A DNA stretch of 40,014 bases from a virus (taxonomy: Duplodnaviria; Caudoviricetes). This document shows, piece by piece, positions 25,328 to 34,618 of this stretch; the stretch's first letter is position 1, and every line of letters starts with the position of its first letter. The stretch spans positions 1-40,014 of IMG/VR virus record IMGVR_UViG_3300044949_000260; one strand, written 5' to 3'. The notes under the pieces are model-generated. The model saw only the letters and a list, made by a program, of their open reading frames with translations, was not told where the DNA came from and ran no database searches. Position numbers and translations under genes: made by a program.

Positions 25328-25408
25328 GTGTCAAATCTCCTGTTCGGCCTGGGCTGTGTGGGATGTGTTGACCTTACCTCCACAGCACCAGGTTTCTTGC
25401 TTGGTTGA

Positions 25409-25441
25409 ACATTACCGAGGCTAGTTGATCTTACGGGTACC
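25409..25441 (-). promoter_or_regulatory. Late promoter motif variant GGTACCCGTAAGA-N14-TAATGT
   Basis: Intergenic, upstream of the ejection-protein genes. Confidence 0.7.
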
Positions 25442-25442
25442 T

Positions 25443-27770
25443 TTACCCACCGATCGCAACCTCGAGCGTCATGCCGACAATCGTCAGCGGCAATGGGTCG
25501 CTTTGCCGCACGAACACCTGGCCGCTGTCCAGCCAAGACGGGGTCAGCATGATCTGGATCTCCTCTGTCTTGAGTTCAGGCGGCGTACCGTATGGCTCGG
25601 TGGTCCGTTGCTTGGCCTCGACCAGGTTGTTGGCATTCGGCCCGATGAAGATGCCGGAGGACTGGTACACCCGTAGCCAGGCCTTGTTGACATTCTTGTA
25701 CCGGCCCTGGCCCATGCCGTTGTCGATGCCCATGGCCAGCGGCAGGCTTTGCAGATCAGCCGTGATCGGCAGGCCAATGTGGACAATGCTCGATGCCCGA
25801 TCGATGGTGATCGTGCCGCTGGTCACCACCTTCTGTGGCTGGACCGCGCCGTCAGCCAAAATCGAGACTGTCTTGCCCTCAAGCCAGGTCAGGCCACTGA
25901 TCGTGTTGCGTGCAAACGAATACAGCGTCGTGGCGGTGTTTCTGAGGGCCGCAGGTAGGATGACATCAACTCGAGCCGTTGCGACCGTTGTGGAGGTCGT
26001 GGAGCGGATCGTGAGGCGGTATTTGTTGCCAGCCGAGTCGGTCAGCACAATGGCGTCGCCGACATCGCTGGTGCCTGGGTATGTGAAGATCGCGGTCGAT
26101 GCCGTAATGGTCAGGATGTCAGACGGTCCCCAGGTTGTGCCACCACTCACCGTGACCGTGGTGGCCGTGGTGTTGGTGCCGTCGTATGTTGCGCCCGAGT
26201 CAACAAAGAATGCGTCCTCGATCGAATCGAAGTGGCGGCTGGCCATGCGCTCGATGTAGCGCACTATGCTTCCGTTGACCACGCGCTTGACCACGACATA
26301 CAGCCGGTCCTCGTTGCCTTCGGCCACGACCGTGCAAGACTCAAACACGCCGTCGGTGTCGTGCTTGTGCCAGGCGCCGATCTGCTGTTCAGGCACATAG
26401 GTCAGGCCAAGCAACATGCCGGATGTCGAGATGAACCAGATCATCTGCAATGGCGCTTTGGCAAATGCCATGTCGCTGATCTCGAAGTTGTCAAACAGGT
26501 GCGCAGACCGGATCGACATGTCGTTTGTGATGAAGCCGTTGGCCTGCCAGTTGTAGCCAAGTTCGCGCACATGGCCACCGCGTGCGGCGCAGTAGACCAA
26601 CGCGTTGTTGATGATCACCGGTTGAACATTCGATGCACCGATGTACGACTGCGGTCGAACAGAGATCGTGTTGGGCGTGATCTCGTCGCTGTTGAGCGAT
26701 GACACGCGCCACTCAGCAGACCCGGTCAGCAACAGCAACTGAGTCAGCGGAACAATGTGGCGTATGGTGTTTGCTTCACGAGCGGCCACGCGGAACTCGA
26801 TGCGGTCATCGTCGCGGACGGGCAGGCCATAACTGAGGTTGGACTCAGTGCCCGACTTTGTCATCCAGATCTTCTGTGGCTCGTTGATCGTGCCAGCAAA
26901 ACAGCGACGCTGTTCGAAGTACGAGACTGCGCCTGGGTAGTTGCTGGCGCTGGTGAATTCGTTGTCGTAGTTGGGAGGAGTAATCGACAGATCCGGCGCG
27001 ATGTTGTTGTCAACGATGCTTGTGCCGGTCGTGCTCCCGATATAACCATACAGACCCCCCAACAGTTTGTAGACGCGATACCGTGCGGCACCGGTAACAG
27101 CAGACCACGAAATGGTGTTGGTCGCGCCGGTCACATAGATGTTGTTGGTCACGCTTGCAACAGACGATGCGGTGGACTCGCCAACCTCATCAGATGCCAC
27201 AGCGGTGACGACATAACTCATCGTCTCGTAGGTGTCGGCATTGGTCGATGACGACGCAGGGATGTACCTGGTGGCCGTCACGCCAGTGGGCGTTGCGATC
27301 GGTGACCCGAAGTTGATCGTCGTCAGCGTCCAGTTGGTGGCGCCCAGGCGGCGCAGTTCACGCGGCGCATAGTTGGGATGCACCAGCGTCATCACATCGG
27401 CGGACTGCACATAGTGAATGTCGAACAGGTCGGCTTCTGCGTAAGGGTTTGCGATCTCGTATGGCACGCCACCAGACATGAGTGTGGCGCCCTGCGTGTG
27501 AAAGCGGATGTATCCCTCGCCAAGTTCGATCACCATGGTCTGCGTGGTCGAGTAGGTGAACGGGATCAATCGCGTGCGCTTGGCGCTGTTCTTGACTGCA
27601 CGCACGAACGCAAAGCCAGGTCTGTTTTCTGCTGGGCCTTGAGGCGTGGCCATGAAGTTTTTCATGGTGGCCGCGCCGGTTTGATACTTCACATCATCGA
27701 TGCGCCCGAACATCTCTGGCGACATTTCGCCGCCAGCAAAAGAGCGTTGCAGTGTGCGTACATTTGGCAT
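25443..27770 (-). CDS. Tail tubular protein B / nozzle
   Basis: Q.SFAGGE.SP...GR.D, RPG...V, YVQSADV, YPGAV..FEQR and Q..PLPLTI motifs of BPP-1/epsilon15-like tail proteins. Confidence 0.85.
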   Translation of the reverse strand: MPNVRTLQRSFAGGEMSPEMFGRIDDVKYQTGAATMKNFMATPQGPAENRPGFAFVRAVKNSAKRTRLIPFTYSTTQTMVIELGEGYIRFHTQGATLMSGGVPYEIANPYAEADLFDIHYVQSADVMTLVHPNYAPRELRRLGATNWTLTTINFGSPIATPTGVTATRYIPASSSTNADTYETMSYVVTAVASDEVGESTASSVASVTNNIYVTGATNTISWSAVTGAARYRVYKLLGGLYGYIGSTTGTSIVDNNIAPDLSITPPNYDNEFTSASNYPGAVSYFEQRRCFAGTINEPQKIWMTKSGTESNLSYGLPVRDDDRIEFRVAAREANTIRHIVPLTQLLLLTGSAEWRVSSLNSDEITPNTISVRPQSYIGASNVQPVIINNALVYCAARGGHVRELGYNWQANGFITNDMSIRSAHLFDNFEISDMAFAKAPLQMIWFISTSGMLLGLTYVPEQQIGAWHKHDTDGVFESCTVVAEGNEDRLYVVVKRVVNGSIVRYIERMASRHFDSIEDAFFVDSGATYDGTNTTATTVTVSGGTTWGPSDILTITASTAIFTYPGTSDVGDAIVLTDSAGNKYRLTIRSTTSTTVATARVDVILPAALRNTATTLYSFARNTISGLTWLEGKTVSILADGAVQPQKVVTSGTITIDRASSIVHIGLPITADLQSLPLAMGIDNGMGQGRYKNVNKAWLRVYQSSGIFIGPNANNLVEAKQRTTEPYGTPPELKTEEIQIMLTPSWLDSGQVFVRQSDPLPLTIVGMTLEVAIGG

Positions 27771-27773
27771 GTC

Positions 27774-28457
27774 TTATCTCCCGGCAATCCAAGGCACGAT
27801 TTGCTCTGGCTTGATCTGGCGCTCATTGGAGTCAGCCTCCATTGCTTTGCCAAGGTAGAGGTTCATCATCGCGATGCATCGCTTGGCTTCTGCGGCGCCC
27901 TGGTCACCCTTAATCACTGGGCCTGCAAGCATAGATGCAAGGTGCCATGACAGTGTGGTGGTAAAAAGCGCAGAGAATTTTGTTGGGTCAGTTGCGCGTG
28001 AACCGTAGCGAATGACGGCTTGCTTTTGATTGGTCAGAACAATCTGCGATCCATCAAAAGCAGTCTCGACTGCAAACTTCTGCGGGACATATTGTCCAGC
28101 GGCAACAGACGGTGAGTAGTTGGTATAAAAGTCCGGGTAGGTTTCCGGCGTGAAGTGCGTGCTGTAGTCGTCTTTCGCTTCAGGCGGTAGCACTGCCATG
28201 ATGTGCATTGCATCACCAGGCATGGCGTATGCGTATTGCCACATTGGCCAAGTGTTTTCCACTTCGGCGCCGTATGCTCGTTTGGTTGCGAAAGCCCAAC
28301 TGTGCATCTCGAGCAAACTGTCTCGAGCGATTGGGAAAAAGCGTTGGCAGTGTTCTGCCTGCGCAGATCCTTCTGGTGGATCAATGCTTGCGATGGTGGC
28401 GTTGTCGCCGAGGTGCGCCAGCGCAAGGTTACAGATGTCGACAACTGATGCCATCAT
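27774..28457 (-). CDS. Tail tubular protein A / adaptor
   Basis: SVVDICNLALAHLG...RD.LLE.H.W.FA...YAYAMP.D motif. Confidence 0.85.
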   Translation of the reverse strand: MMASVVDICNLALAHLGDNATIASIDPPEGSAQAEHCQRFFPIARDSLLEMHSWAFATKRAYGAEVENTWPMWQYAYAMPGDAMHIMAVLPPEAKDDYSTHFTPETYPDFYTNYSPSVAAGQYVPQKFAVETAFDGSQIVLTNQKQAVIRYGSRATDPTKFSALFTTTLSWHLASMLAGPVIKGDQGAAEAKRCIAMMNLYLGKAMEADSNERQIKPEQIVPWIAGR

Positions 28458-28470
28458 GGCCTCCTAATGT

Positions 28471-28503
28471 AAAAAGGGGACCGTGGTTTCCCAACGGCCC
28501 CCC
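28471..28503 (-). terminator. Intrinsic terminator after the capsid operon
   Basis: Minus-strand GGGGCCGTTGG-GAAA-CCACGGTCCCC followed by TTTTT. Confidence 0.75.
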
Positions 28504-28531
28504 GTGACTTACGGTTTCCGATCAGGAAGGA

Positions 28532-28729
28532 TTACACGGAGCCTTCGACCGGTTCACGCTTGGCTTTGGGCGTCCACTTCTTTGCAGAGGTTTCGGCTTT
28601 GGCCTCATTGCCTTCTTCATCGACAGGCACCAGCGCAGATCCAGCAGGACCATCGTAATCGACGATCTCGCCTTCATTGCGAAGGCCGTTGTTGACAAAG
28701 CAAGGTGCGATCACTCGGTATTTAGGCAT
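28532..28729 (-). CDS. Small head-region protein
   Basis: AAGGAG RBS; MPKYRV...FVN..L..EGEIV.YDG motif, following the cement gene. Confidence 0.8.
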   Translation of the reverse strand: MPKYRVIAPCFVNNGLRNEGEIVDYDGPAGSALVPVDEEGNEAKAETSAKKWTPKAKREPVEGSV

Positions 28730-28744
28730 GTGTAATTCTCCTTA

Positions 28745-29179
28745 TCAGACTACGGTGAAGCCAGAAGCGTAGAACTTCTTGCCGTCCTGAACATCCGTCA
28801 CCATGTCGGCGGTAACTTTACCAGCCGAGTTGGTGCCAGACACAGTGTAGCGAGCGCCGAGGTAACGCTTGCCGAGCGAAGCGATCTGCGGGTTCAGACG
28901 CACGGCCACATTGGTGCCAAGAGTCAGACTAGCAGTCACGATCGCGCCGGAAGCGCCAATCACCACGACATTGCTCGACAGAGCGGCGTTGTCAGCGATG
29001 ATCACTTCGAAGTTGGTAGAGGTACCACCAGCGAAGGCTTCAGTCATTGCGAAGTTCATGTAAAGGTCGCCACCTTCACCCATGTCGCGAGCGACAGACA
29101 GGTCGACAGTATCAGTCGACACGGCAGTCGTGGTCACGGCTTGGTCAGTAGAGACGCGGAGCAATTTATCGGTAATCAT
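28745..29179 (-). CDS. Capsid cement/decoration protein (BPP-1 Bbp16-like)
   Basis: MITDKLL.VS..QAVT..A.STD.VDL...RYL...YTV..T..AGK resembles Bbp16. Confidence 0.85.
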   Translation of the reverse strand: MITDKLLRVSTDQAVTTTAVSTDTVDLSVARDMGEGGDLYMNFAMTEAFAGGTSTNFEVIIADNAALSSNVVVIGASGAIVTASLTLGTNVAVRLNPQIASLGKRYLGARYTVSGTNSAGKVTADMVTDVQDGKKFYASGFTVV

Positions 29180-29210
29180 GGTTTGATCCTTTCAGGGTTA
29201 AGTTGACCAA

Positions 29211-30230
29211 TTAAGAAATGGCCGCTTCGGTGTTGAGCAGAGCATCAACGCGACGGAGCGGAACGCCCAGGAAGGACAGCCAAGAGTAAGGCATACCGAA
29301 CTGGCTCAAGCCTTCGTTGATCTTCAACACATACTGGCTCTTGTCCAAAGCCGCGATCGACAAGCCAGAGTGGACAGTGCGGTTCATGTAGAACGCGGCA
29401 CGACCCATCGACATGTTGGGGATGCGGTACAGAGCACGAGCCATCAGTTTGATGATCGCAGTTGCGGCGCTAGGAGCCTGGGTGCCAGTCTGAGCGATCA
29501 GGTCGGACACATCGATGTTGGCGATGCGCACGACATAACGCCAGTCTTTCACGACCAGACCATTCTTCCACTGGTAACGAGTAGCCAGGGCTTGCATGCG
29601 AGTGCCGTCGCTGTTGTAGACGGTTTGCTCGCCGAGGTCTTCATGAATCAGACCAGCCTTGGAACCCTTCGGGAACGGGCAGTACACAGTGTTGTCACCC
29701 CACACCACGAGGTAGATCGAGGTGTTGTCAGAGCCAGAGCCACCAGCCTTCAGAATGTTTTGGCCGTTGGCGGCAGTGCTGTCGCTGTAGCGAGCGGCAA
29801 GGCCGAGGAACTGCTTGGGATCGACACCAGGGTTGCCATAGAACATGGTCGTAGCCTGGGTCTGGTTCATCGCCTCGAGGAAGGCGGTGTCTTCAGACAG
29901 GCGGAACTGAGCGGTGTTGCCGTTCAGCATAGCCAAGTCTTTGTCCACTTCAGAGCGGGCTTCCAAGATGCCGCAAGCCTCGTCCACTTGTGCAGTGGTC
30001 GATTTGCTCGAAGGGATACCTTGGTTCAGCGCACGCCAGTAGACAGTGGGCAGACCAGTACGGATTACGACGCGCTCGCCGGTAGGCAAGTTGCCTTCCT
30101 TGAACACGCAGTCCTCCAGGATTTCGTTGCTCTGCGAAAGCAGTTCTGCAACGATGGGAACTCGACCGTCCGGGTCGACGCGTTTGGCCCAATCGGCCAG
30201 GGTGAGAGAGTTGTTCGACAAAGTAGCCAT
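29211..30230 (-). CDS. Major capsid protein (BPP-1 Bbp17 / epsilon15 gp7-like)
   Basis: TLADWAKR.DP...ELL.Q.NEIL.D...EGNLPTG....RTGLP, DWRYVVRIANID, F.GVP.RR.DALL.TEA. Confidence 0.92.
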   Translation of the reverse strand: MATLSNNSLTLADWAKRVDPDGRVPIVAELLSQSNEILEDCVFKEGNLPTGERVVIRTGLPTVYWRALNQGIPSSKSTTAQVDEACGILEARSEVDKDLAMLNGNTAQFRLSEDTAFLEAMNQTQATTMFYGNPGVDPKQFLGLAARYSDSTAANGQNILKAGGSGSDNTSIYLVVWGDNTVYCPFPKGSKAGLIHEDLGEQTVYNSDGTRMQALATRYQWKNGLVVKDWRYVVRIANIDVSDLIAQTGTQAPSAATAIIKLMARALYRIPNMSMGRAAFYMNRTVHSGLSIAALDKSQYVLKINEGLSQFGMPYSWLSFLGVPLRRVDALLNTEAAIS

Positions 30231-30242
30231 GATGGACTCCTA

Positions 30243-30923
30243 TTAAGTTTGCTGATTTGAATAAAGCGCGGATGCGAGGTCGTTGAATCCCTTGGGGCCA
30301 GATTTCTGACCACCTCGAGTGCCACCGACAAAGCGGTCCTCACTGATTGCTTTGCCTGCCCTGTACATCAATCGGATCATCTCCGGGTGATTTCCCAGGC
30401 CAGACTCGTTTAACAACTGGCGCAACTCCGGCGATCCGAATGCGTCAAGTGCCTTCTTCGCAGTGACCAGGTTGTCGTTGAGTTTTTCACCCCCGAACTC
30501 CTTGTCAGTGCGAGCGGACTCGGCCCACTCATTTCGCACAGTTTCCAATGCTTGCATCTGACGCTCCAAGATCTTTGGTGCGACTTTGTCAACCATCTTT
30601 TGCGCGGCATCTTGCGGCAGATTCAATTCCTTGGCGATTTCCGAGAATGAGTTCATCACCTCAGGGTCGAATTGTTGGCCCTCTGGGGGCTTGAATTCGT
30701 ACGCTTCCGGCGCTCCCTGCTTAGAGGTATCACCGGCCTTGTCGCTTTCGGCATTGCCAGTCTTCTGACCATCTTGGCCAGCCTGCTGGTTCTGCGTGCT
30801 ATCAGCCTGTTGTTGCGATGCCTGTTGCTCGCCACCCGTCGGTTGCGTGCTCGAGGCGTCTTGCGATGCGGGTGCGCCTTCAGTGGTCGTTGCGGCTTGA
30901 TCCGTCATCAGCGATTCTGTCAT
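30243..30923 (-). CDS. Capsid scaffolding protein
   Basis: Low-complexity N-terminus; APE.Y.F..PEG, D.EFGG, LL..SGLGNHPE.IR...RAGKA.SED; immediately upstream of the capsid gene. Confidence 0.8.
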   Translation of the reverse strand: MTESLMTDQAATTTEGAPASQDASSTQPTGGEQQASQQQADSTQNQQAGQDGQKTGNAESDKAGDTSKQGAPEAYEFKPPEGQQFDPEVMNSFSEIAKELNLPQDAAQKMVDKVAPKILERQMQALETVRNEWAESARTDKEFGGEKLNDNLVTAKKALDAFGSPELRQLLNESGLGNHPEMIRLMYRAGKAISEDRFVGGTRGGQKSGPKGFNDLASALYSNQQT

Positions 30924-31230
30924 TGGATTGCTCCTTTACCATTTGTGGATACAACTCAGGGCAGAGAGAGTGAACCATCGAAAGCATGCGAAGCCCGAAG
31001 TTCCTGTTACCTTCTGCGAATGCCATTTGCATCGAGTTGGTATTGAACGACAGACGGAACACGCCCGACTGATCCAGAAGACGCCACACTACACGGCGCC
31101 CCCTCTTGCTACCCATGAGCCACTTGAGGTCTGCCTCTTCATTCTCACGGGCAACCTTCTCGCGCACTTCCCTTTCGGCTTTTGCGCGTTCTTGCCCCTT
31201 GAGATCGATCGGGTCAAATTCTTTGCTCAT
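30880..31230 (-). CDS. Bbp19-like head-region protein
   Basis: DLKWLM..KRGRR.VWRLL...GVFR.SF......MAF.EG.RN.GL motif. Confidence 0.8.
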   Translation of the reverse strand: MSKEFDPIDLKGQERAKAEREVREKVARENEEADLKWLMGSKRGRRVVWRLLDQSGVFRLSFNTNSMQMAFAEGNRNFGLRMLSMVHSLCPELYPQMVKEQSNDRIADDGSSRNDH

Positions 31231-31236
31231 GTCGCC

Positions 31237-31269
31237 AATCTATCTATGGCACATCTGGATACGGGTACC
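31237..31269 (-). promoter_or_regulatory. Late promoter motif GGTACCCGTATCC-N14-TAGATT (probably leaderless transcript)
   Basis: Intergenic; the ATG at 31230 is only 6 nt downstream of the -10 hexamer. Confidence 0.75.
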
Positions 31270-31270
31270 G

Positions 31271-31840
31271 TCATGCCGCAACTTCACTGACGGTCAGCAA
31301 CAAAGATGGTGCCGCTGGTTTGGCTGGTGAGGTTTCTGGGCCATGGTAGGCAATGGTGATGCCTGCGTTGTCGCGTGCCCAGTAGATCTCGACATAGTCG
31401 CCAGCATTCATGTCAATGAAAAAGTTCTGGCTTGGGATGATGGTACCGGCCTTTCCGCCGTGACTGCTTGGCACTGAATACTTGAAGCGGCTGTTGGGTA
31501 TGTCCAAGCCGTTTTTGCGGCCCCACAACTCAAAGTAATGAGCCTGGCTGTCGGTGTTGTGCAGATGCGTTGACAGTTGCCAGTTGTAGATGGCACTGCG
31601 GTCGGCATAGATCTTGGTGCTCTCAACCAACCGCACGCCCTGCTGGATGGCGGCTGTGTTGAACGACATTGCGGACCCACTGGTGTTGCCGGTCTGGTTG
31701 GTCGTGTCCAAGAATAGGCCATAGTACGGGGCACGCTGGAAGTAAAACTCAGACCCGTCAGGATCTTTGACCCCGACGATGTCGCCGGTCGTCTCGTCAT
31801 ACAGCCAGGGGGCGCCCTGGTACTTTTGGCGTGCGCTCAT
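31271..31840 (-). CDS. C1q/TNF/BclA-like beta-sandwich protein (putative head fibre/decoration)
   Basis: YG.F.DTT.Q...M.FNT...G.....I......YN.Q.S...W.RKNG.DIPNS...AGDYVEIYW pattern. Confidence 0.65.
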   Translation of the reverse strand: MSARQKYQGAPWLYDETTGDIVGVKDPDGSEFYFQRAPYYGLFLDTTNQTGNTSGSAMSFNTAAIQQGVRLVESTKIYADRSAIYNWQLSTHLHNTDSQAHYFELWGRKNGLDIPNSRFKYSVPSSHGGKAGTIIPSQNFFIDMNAGDYVEIYWARDNAGITIAYHGPETSPAKPAAPSLLLTVSEVAA

Positions 31841-32004
31841 TTCTTGTCCTTGTCTTTGCCGTACAACTTCTCAGCGGCTGATTCTTTGAAGTCTTTGCGA
31901 GTCGGCGCACCTTCTTCGCCAGGCTTGCGCATGCGCTCACCTGATCCCTGCTCGATGCGTTTTCTCTTCGCATGGATGTTGGCCCAAAGTCCTGGTCCTG
32001 GCAT
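31837..32004 (-). CDS. Small basic protein (55 aa, MPGPGLWANIHAKRKRIEQGSGERMRKPG...AEKLYGKDKDKK)
   Basis: Not in the ORF track; GL(W/Y)ANIHAKRKRI..GSGE.MRKPG motif recognised from aquatic podoviruses; ATGA overlap downstream. Confidence 0.8.
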   Translation of the reverse strand: MPGPGLWANIHAKRKRIEQGSGERMRKPGEEGAPTRKDFKESAAEKLYGKDKDKK

Positions 32005-32006
32005 GG

Positions 32007-32168
32007 TCAACCCTTCTTCTTTTCTTTGTCTTTGGCCGGATACATCTTCTCAGCCATTTGAGAAAACTCCCGGCCAACAGACTGAGGTACCCCGGCTTTC
32101 TTTGCGAACTCCGGGTTGTTGGCGACGGCCCGCATAAAGCGAGCCTGCTTCTCAGTCTTGGCTGGCAT
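32007..32168 (-). CDS. Small basic protein (53 aa, MPAKTEKQARFMRAVANNPEFAKKAGVPQSVGREF...)
   Basis: Not in the ORF track; fills the gap exactly; KQ..FM.AVA.NP.FAKK.GVPQSVG.EF motif. Confidence 0.8.
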   Translation of the reverse strand: MPAKTEKQARFMRAVANNPEFAKKAGVPQSVGREFSQMAEKMYPAKDKEKKKG

Positions 32169-32170
32169 GG

Positions 32171-32497
32171 TTACTCACCAGAACCGTAGAGCATGGTTGA
32201 TGCTTCGGCATTGCGTTGTTGCTGGTTGCCCTGGATCTCCATGTCGGTGATCTGCAACTCGATGCCCATGTCTTCGCCTTCGCCTTGAGTCTCGTATGCA
32301 CGAGTCATCTTCACATAGGCCTTAGCCATGATCATCATCTCAGTGCCGACTTTCGGCAGAGCGGTGATGCCAAGTTTCTCGAGTTCGTCTTTGCCCAGGC
32401 TAATGCATAGGCCGTACGGATAACGCGGCTCGTCTGCCTCGTATTCGCCAGGCATCTCTTCGCGCTCGGCGGGTTTTTGCATATTGATCATTGCCAT
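32171..32497 (-). CDS. Capsid staple protein (epsilon15 gp10-like)
   Basis: YPYGLCISL....LEKLG...LP.VG...ELQITDM resembles epsilon15 gp10. Confidence 0.75.
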   Translation of the reverse strand: MAMINMQKPAEREEMPGEYEADEPRYPYGLCISLGKDELEKLGITALPKVGTEMMIMAKAYVKMTRAYETQGEGEDMGIELQITDMEIQGNQQQRNAEASTMLYGSGE

Positions 32498-32509
32498 TTC
32501 TCAGTCCTT

Positions 32510-34213
32510 TCAGGGTGTGTTGTAGCCAGAATACATGTCGATCACATTGGTCAGTGCGCTTGGCTCGACCGTCTTTGCCGCCGCCAGATCCCTTGCGGTT
32601 TCTGCCTGTTGCTTCATCGAATCAGCCTGGGCCTGCGCGGCCAGTGCCTGGTTGCGTGCATCGCGGATCATCGACACCTGGTCGCCTGCCACCAGCATAT
32701 TGGGATCAACGCCCAGCATGTCGGCATAGGCATCGACCCACGCGTCGCCGTTGAACTTGTCGAGCACTTCAGGCTTCATTCCTGCAACCACGCCCAGGTT
32801 GCCGACGAATCGGTCAACGCTGTTGGTGCCAATCGCACGCTGTGCCTGCGCCAGCATAGAGACGAACTCGACCGACAACTCCATGCCTTGCAGTTCAGGA
32901 GGTGGCGGCATCAGCACATTGGCCTCGACCATGCGCGTGAAAGTCATGTCGATCAGCGGAGACAGTAGTTCGTTGTGCAGGCGCTCGAGCACCGGGCCAA
33001 GCATGAGCAACTTCTCTTCGTGGCGCTCGGCCACTTCAGTTGCGGTCATGCGAGTGTCGGTTGCGTTGGCCAGCATCAGGAACAGGTCAGCATAGAACGC
33101 ACCACGGACACGCTCGCGGCAATCCATGATGTCGTTGAGCAGGTACTGCAAGTTGAGGTTGACTTCGAATGCAGAGCGAATTCCGCCTTGCGGAGTGTTT
33201 GCGTCAACAAACGAGACGCCGCCAGGCAGAGTCTCGACATCGCGGTTCTTCATCGAGGTCGGCACCTGAAGCGGTGGCCGCACCTGGTAGTCGATCGCCT
33301 GGGCCTTGCGCAGTTGCTCGTGCTGGAGTTGCTTGACATCGCCAAGCGCCTCCATGCCTGGGCTGTTGCCGTAGATGTCGCCGCCAGTGGTTTGCCAGCG
33401 AGGCGCCACCGCAGGGAACACCTTAAAGCCAGACTCACGCAAGAACTTGTTGTTGTCGCCGCCCACCTCGAAGTGATACGACGCATACGGCATGTTCAGG
33501 TTGTCACGCTTGCGAGTGTCGCGCAGTGAGCGAGGCTCGATCGCATGGATGATTGGCACCCACTGATCAAACGAACCACGGTCGTACATGTTGCGCACAG
33601 TCGTCGAGCAGTTCTCGCGCCCGAACTCCTGCACCACCTCGGCCACAGTCTTCTCGTATTCGCGATAGACAGTGTCGACCTGGCCCTGGTAATTCGTGGC
33701 GATGCAATACTCGCCGCAGGTCAGGGTGTAGTGGTGAATGACATTGTTGAAGTCAGGCAGGACGATCGAGACATCGGTACCGAACGCGCCCAGTTCCTCG
33801 TAGATCGAGTGCAGTGCGCGGTAGGTGTTTGACTTCTGAAAAACCAGTTGCATGCGACGCGTCGTGTCGTCAAGCCACACCTTCACGGGCTGGTACTTGT
33901 TCAGATCAGGATCTGCTGTGGCCAGGCGGAACCATGGCCGTGCGGGACTGGTAGCACCTGCCATCATGCCAGCGCCGAGCACGCGCAGTGCGCGGGTGCC
34001 GGTGTTGTCGTAGATGTTGTTGTGCCTGCGCCAGCCTTTGTCGCGGTCCTGGACGAAGTAGCGTCCATTGCGCGGCAGTAGGTAGGTCGTGATCTCTTGC
34101 CAGTGCGCCCACCAGGATGCACGCTCCGACTTGAGTTGGCCCCAGCGCGTGAACAGTTTGTCCCGCGTAGGGGCGTTTGGATACGACTGTGCGTCGCTGG
34201 GGAATTGACTCAT
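32510..34213 (-). CDS. Portal (head-to-tail connector) protein
   Basis: TSPARPWF.L, YG.SPGM.ALGD.KQLQ, MTATEV.ER.EEKL..LGPVLERL motifs. Confidence 0.95.
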   Translation of the reverse strand: MSQFPSDAQSYPNAPTRDKLFTRWGQLKSERASWWAHWQEITTYLLPRNGRYFVQDRDKGWRRHNNIYDNTGTRALRVLGAGMMAGATSPARPWFRLATADPDLNKYQPVKVWLDDTTRRMQLVFQKSNTYRALHSIYEELGAFGTDVSIVLPDFNNVIHHYTLTCGEYCIATNYQGQVDTVYREYEKTVAEVVQEFGRENCSTTVRNMYDRGSFDQWVPIIHAIEPRSLRDTRKRDNLNMPYASYHFEVGGDNNKFLRESGFKVFPAVAPRWQTTGGDIYGNSPGMEALGDVKQLQHEQLRKAQAIDYQVRPPLQVPTSMKNRDVETLPGGVSFVDANTPQGGIRSAFEVNLNLQYLLNDIMDCRERVRGAFYADLFLMLANATDTRMTATEVAERHEEKLLMLGPVLERLHNELLSPLIDMTFTRMVEANVLMPPPPELQGMELSVEFVSMLAQAQRAIGTNSVDRFVGNLGVVAGMKPEVLDKFNGDAWVDAYADMLGVDPNMLVAGDQVSMIRDARNQALAAQAQADSMKQQAETARDLAAAKTVEPSALTNVIDMYSGYNTP

Positions 34214-34216
34214 GGT

Positions 34217-34606
34217 TTAACCGCCGAGTAGTGTGTTTTTGCCGAGTGCCAGTTGCTGTGGATCGATGCCCTGAGGACCAGTCAGCATCGTGCCAGCCGC
34301 ACCGCCGCCAGCCGCCGCTTGCGTGTCAGCAAGGACTGCCTGCGTATCGGGACGCTTCTGGTTTGCACGGTTGATGTTTTGTTGCGCAGTGGCTTGCTGT
34401 GTCTCTGCCATCTGCACCTGTTGCTGTTGCACGACCTTCTGTTGCTCGAGTCCAGCCTTCTGGATCTTCTGCGCCTCTTGGCCTTGCTTGTACTGCGCGG
34501 TCGTTGCCGCCGCTACAGCACCAGCACCTGCGGCCACAAGGGCCGTTGCTCCGAGGGCTGACGCGCCACCTGCCGCCGCCGCTCCAATAACTGCCGCTAC
34601 ACCCAT
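34217..34606 (-). CDS. Small virion-associated protein upstream of the portal
   Basis: Ala/Gly hydrophobic N-terminus, Gln-rich coil, GT.LTG..G....LGKNTLLG C-terminus. Confidence 0.75.
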   Translation of the reverse strand: MGVAAVIGAAAAGGASALGATALVAAGAGAVAAATTAQYKQGQEAQKIQKAGLEQQKVVQQQQVQMAETQQATAQQNINRANQKRPDTQAVLADTQAAAGGGAAGTMLTGPQGIDPQQLALGKNTLLGG

Positions 34607-34618
34607 GATGATCTCCTT

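Noticed and set aside
32085-32095. Additional GGTACC sites (1972, 29021, 31442, 32086, 33776) as late promoters
   Set aside because: They lack the CGTA extension that defines the promoter motif.
28745-32497. Co-occurrence of Bbp16-like cement and gp10-like staple proteins as a novelty
   Set aside because: To my recollection epsilon15-like phages already encode both types; only the gene order differs here.
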